Assembly (NCBI GenBank): GCA_963751275.1
Contig: CAVVTZ010000009.1
Span: 32,001-96,000 of the forward strand
Direction of reading: 5' to 3'
From: an uncultured Gemmatimonadaceae bacterium
GTDB taxonomy: Bacteria > Gemmatimonadota > Gemmatimonadetes > Gemmatimonadales > Gemmatimonadaceae
Length of the DNA: 64,000 nt
The notes below the pieces were generated by a model. That model was not told the DNA's origin. It saw only the letters and a list, made by a program, of their open reading frames with translations, and did not search any database. Position numbers and translations under genes: made by a program. Position 1 is the first letter of the stretch. The number at the start of each line of letters is the position of its first letter. This document shows, in pieces, positions 61,379-64,000 of the stretch.

Positions 61379-62416
61379 CGCGTGCTCGGCACGGTGATCG
61401 TGCCGGCGATGATCTGCGGCCTTGAGCGCATCGAGCTTCGCCTTCACGCTGTCGGGAATGAGCGCGGCGTTGTGCGCATCGTAGACGCAGCCGACGCCGT
61501 TCTCCGCGAGCCCGTACTCGAAGATGCCGCCATGGAAGGTGCCGTTGCGCACGCGGCCGATCTGGTCGTACACCACCTCGTCCACGCGCTTCACCATCGA
61601 CGTCAGGATGAAGCCCGGCGCCTCGTCGTACTGGTCGGCGTCCACGCCGATGGCGAGCTTCTTCATCTGCCGTGCCGCCTCGAACACGCCGAGCCCCGTG
61701 GAGCCGCTCGCGTGGAAGATGACGTTCACCCCCTGCTCGTACTGGCTGAGCGCGAGTTCCTTTCCCTTGCTCGGATTCCGGAACGCCTCGGGGGTGACGC
61801 CGGCGTACTGCACGAGCACCGTGCAGGTTGGGCAGACGTATTTCACGCCGGCGCGGTAGCCGGCCTCGAACTTGTGGATCAGCGGGATGTCCATGCCGCC
61901 CACGAAGCCCACTTTCTTCGAGCCGCCCACCATGCGCCGCGAGCGCGCCCACGAGGAACGAGCCCTGCTCCTCGCGGAACTTCAGCGCCGCGAGGTTCGG
62001 CGGCGGCAGGATCGACCTTGCCCGCGGAGTCCGACCGAGAGCGCGTAGTCCACGCCGGCGAAACGCACGTCGGGATATTCCTTCGCGAGCGAGGTCAGGT
62101 CATCGGTGAAGATGAAGCCGACGCCGATCACCAATCCCATCTTCTCGGCGGCGAGCAGGCGCAGCCCCGCCTCGCGGTCGGCGCCATCGCCCGGCTCGAT
62201 GAAGTGCACGCGCGCGCCATAGTCGCGCATCGCTTTCTCGGCGCCCCGGTACGCGCCGTCGTTGAACGACTTGTCGCCGCGGCCGCCGACGTCGAACACC
62301 ACGCCGATGTCGAGCGCGCTGCGCACCGGCGGCGGCACCGCACCCGCGGGGTGGATCTGCAGCAGCGCGATGTGCGCGACCAGCAGCCCGCCGATCACGA
62401 GGAAGATCGTGCGCAT
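61375..62416 (-). CDS. BMP-family ABC substrate-binding protein; frameshifted
   Basis: DVGGRGDKSFN, GFVGGMD, GVDADQ, TSMVKRVD. Confidence 0.88.
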
Positions 62417-62423
62417 GGCGGGG

Positions 62424-64000
62424 CTACTGCGCGCCGAGCTTGATGCGCGGCGCGTTGTCGCCGCCGAGGCGCTTCAACGCATCGCGCGACGCCTTCACGT
62501 ACGGCTGGAATGCGGAGTCGGCGAACTCCCAGTCGTCGGCGACATGCGAATAGCCATCCACCGCGATCGCCTTCTCGCCGAGCCGTTCGGCGACGCGAGC
62601 GCGTTCGAAGGTCATGAGCACGATGAAGGTGTTGTTGTCCACGCCGATCGTGTTGAGCACGTCCATCGCTTCGCGATCCCGGCCCTTCGCCTCGAGCAAC
62701 TGAACAACCGTGAGATCGGAGAAGCCGCACGCGTGGCATGTCGAGTCGGGGAGCGTCTGCAGGAGCCGCAGCGCCCCGGCGCTATCGTGCCGCGCGAGTT
62801 GCATGTAGCCCTGGATCTCCTGACGACCGTACGGCGCGAAGGTCTTGAAGAAAGGCTCCTTCGAGAAGCGCGCCAACGAATCGAGATCGCGAAGCATGCC
62901 GCTCATCGCCGCGGTGTCGCCGTGCTCAGCGAAATAGGGAAGGAAGCACGGCGCGCAGCCCTCGCCGGCGATCGAGTGTTCGAAGCGCGCGCGCGCGCTG
63001 TCGGGCGGGTACCCGCCGATCAGGGCGACCAGCGGTTCCTGCCACGACTCGGAGCGGCCGAGAGCGAGTCCCTCGCGCGCGCGCCCTCGGTTCAAGAGCT
63101 GGGCGCTCAGGCGCCGGCGCTCGAAGTTGGTGTCCGCCAAGGGCGTCCATTGGGTGCGGCGCGATGGCGACAACAGTTTGACGAGGTGCACGGCGGTCTG
63201 TGCGGAATCAGGATATGCGTACAGCGCGGCGGAGCCGTAGCCAAGGACATCGTTGCTCGCCGTGTCGAGCAGGTGCGCCGTCTCCGGCGAGTTGGCGCTC
63301 TGGGGATCGGTCACGCGCTGCGCGAGGCGCATCGCGTCGGCTTCGGCATCCGTGGGGTTCTGCGCCAGATAGGCACGGAGGTACCGCTGCCCCGCCGCAT
63401 TCCCGCCGAGCCGGAAGGCGAGCGCGATCGCGTGCAGGTACGTCGGCGAGACGGAGGAGTCGGCCGCGATCGCGCGGTCGAACAATGCCATCACCTTCTC
63501 GGGCGGTAGGCCGACGATCGGCCCCCATGCCCAGTGGAATTGCGCGTCGGCGAGCGCGTACAACACCACCGGATCGCTGGGATACCGCTGCACCGCCACG
63601 TCGAGCGTCTTGAACATCCGGGTGAGCATGCGGACGTCCGGCCGATTGCCGTTCTTCCAGACCGCCGATTCGATCGAGTCTGCCGCGATGAGCAGGCTGT
63701 CGCGCGGCGAGAGGTGGCGGTTGTATCGGCCGGCGCGCAGCGAATAGAAGACCGTCACGCTGTCCTCGCCGCCGTGCGCCCAGCCGTTGGCCTGCGCGAG
63801 GCCGCGGCTCGCGAGCGCGAACGTGCTGTCGATCGCGAGCGCGCGGGCGTACGCCGCGCGCGCCGAATCCCACGCCGATTGCCGGTAGAACTGCTCTCCC
63901 TGCAGGAAGGCCTTGAGCGCGGGAAGCGAGTTCGTGCCGATCGAGGACAGCCGCTCGGCCCCCTGCTGCGGCGAGCGCGTGAGGGTGCGCACGAGTGCGA
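62424..64000 (-). CDS. C-terminal TPR-like region of a large protein, probably a Ser/Thr kinase-TPR (5' end outside the window)
   Basis: TNSLPALKAFLQGE..YR, AL.IDSTFALA, helical repeats. Confidence 0.7.
   Translation of the reverse strand, partial: ALVRTLTRSPQQGAERLSSIGTNSLPALKAFLQGEQFYRQSAWDSARAAYARALAIDSTFALASRGLAQANGWAHGGEDSVTVFYSLRAGRYNRHLSPRDSLLIAADSIESAVWKNGNRPDVRMLTRMFKTLDVAVQRYPSDPVVLYALADAQFHWAWGPIVGLPPEKVMALFDRAIAADSSVSPTYLHAIALAFRLGGNAAGQRYLRAYLAQNPTDAEADAMRLAQRVTDPQSANSPETAHLLDTASNDVLGYGSAALYAYPDSAQTAVHLVKLLSPSRRTQWTPLADTNFERRRLSAQLLNRGRAREGLALGRSESWQEPLVALIGGYPPDSARARFEHSIAGEGCAPCFLPYFAEHGDTAAMSGMLRDLDSLARFSKEPFFKTFAPYGRQEIQGYMQLARHDSAGALRLLQTLPDSTCHACGFSDLTVVQLLEAKGRDREAMDVLNTIGVDNNTFIVLMTFERARVAERLGEKAIAVDGYSHVADDWEFADSAFQPYVKASRDALKRLGGDNAPRIKLGAQ

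Noticed and set aside
44226..62416. Many frameshifts (sucA, SBP, MFS, nucleoside ABC genes; also metK, esterase and amidohydrolase) read as pseudogenes or programmed frameshifting
   Set aside because: They are scattered 1-nt indels, including in core genes, with motifs intact and no slippery sites seen, so they are most likely long-read consensus errors. Read polishing would settle it.

Overview
High-GC bacterial chromosomal window whose gene content (Ser/Thr kinase-TPR proteins, a BNR-repeat hydrolase, a PIG-L/NEW3 protein, a KKG|FTLIELL pilin) resembles Gemmatimonadota; this is inference, as there is no rRNA marker. It holds about 50 mostly housekeeping, transport and signalling CDSs, including pgl, ada-alkA, metK, tripartite pnt, sucA, ndh and three ABC systems. 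About 10 genes are broken by single-base frameshifts that look like long-read indel errors. I found no tRNA, rRNA, CRISPR array, transposase or integrase. The most notable signal is non-coding. (i) A four-helix-bundle (IVS/Avd-like) gene lies antisense inside an ABC operon, enclosed by a 60-bp inverted repeat in which 3 of 4 mismatches are G-U wobbles on the operon mRNA strand. (ii) Several unrelated families of long intergenic hairpins occur: five ~140-165-bp REPIN-like copies with compensatory changes, heptamer-capped hairpins and a nonamer-capped hairpin. (iii) Many of these share an AAC...GTT stem base that overlaps the neighbouring stop codon. (iv) Codon usage is shifted in gene ends flanking some elements. 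Also seen: a SAM-II-type riboswitch before metK, a perfect 20-bp palindrome before marR, and a sigma54/IHF-type pilin promoter.
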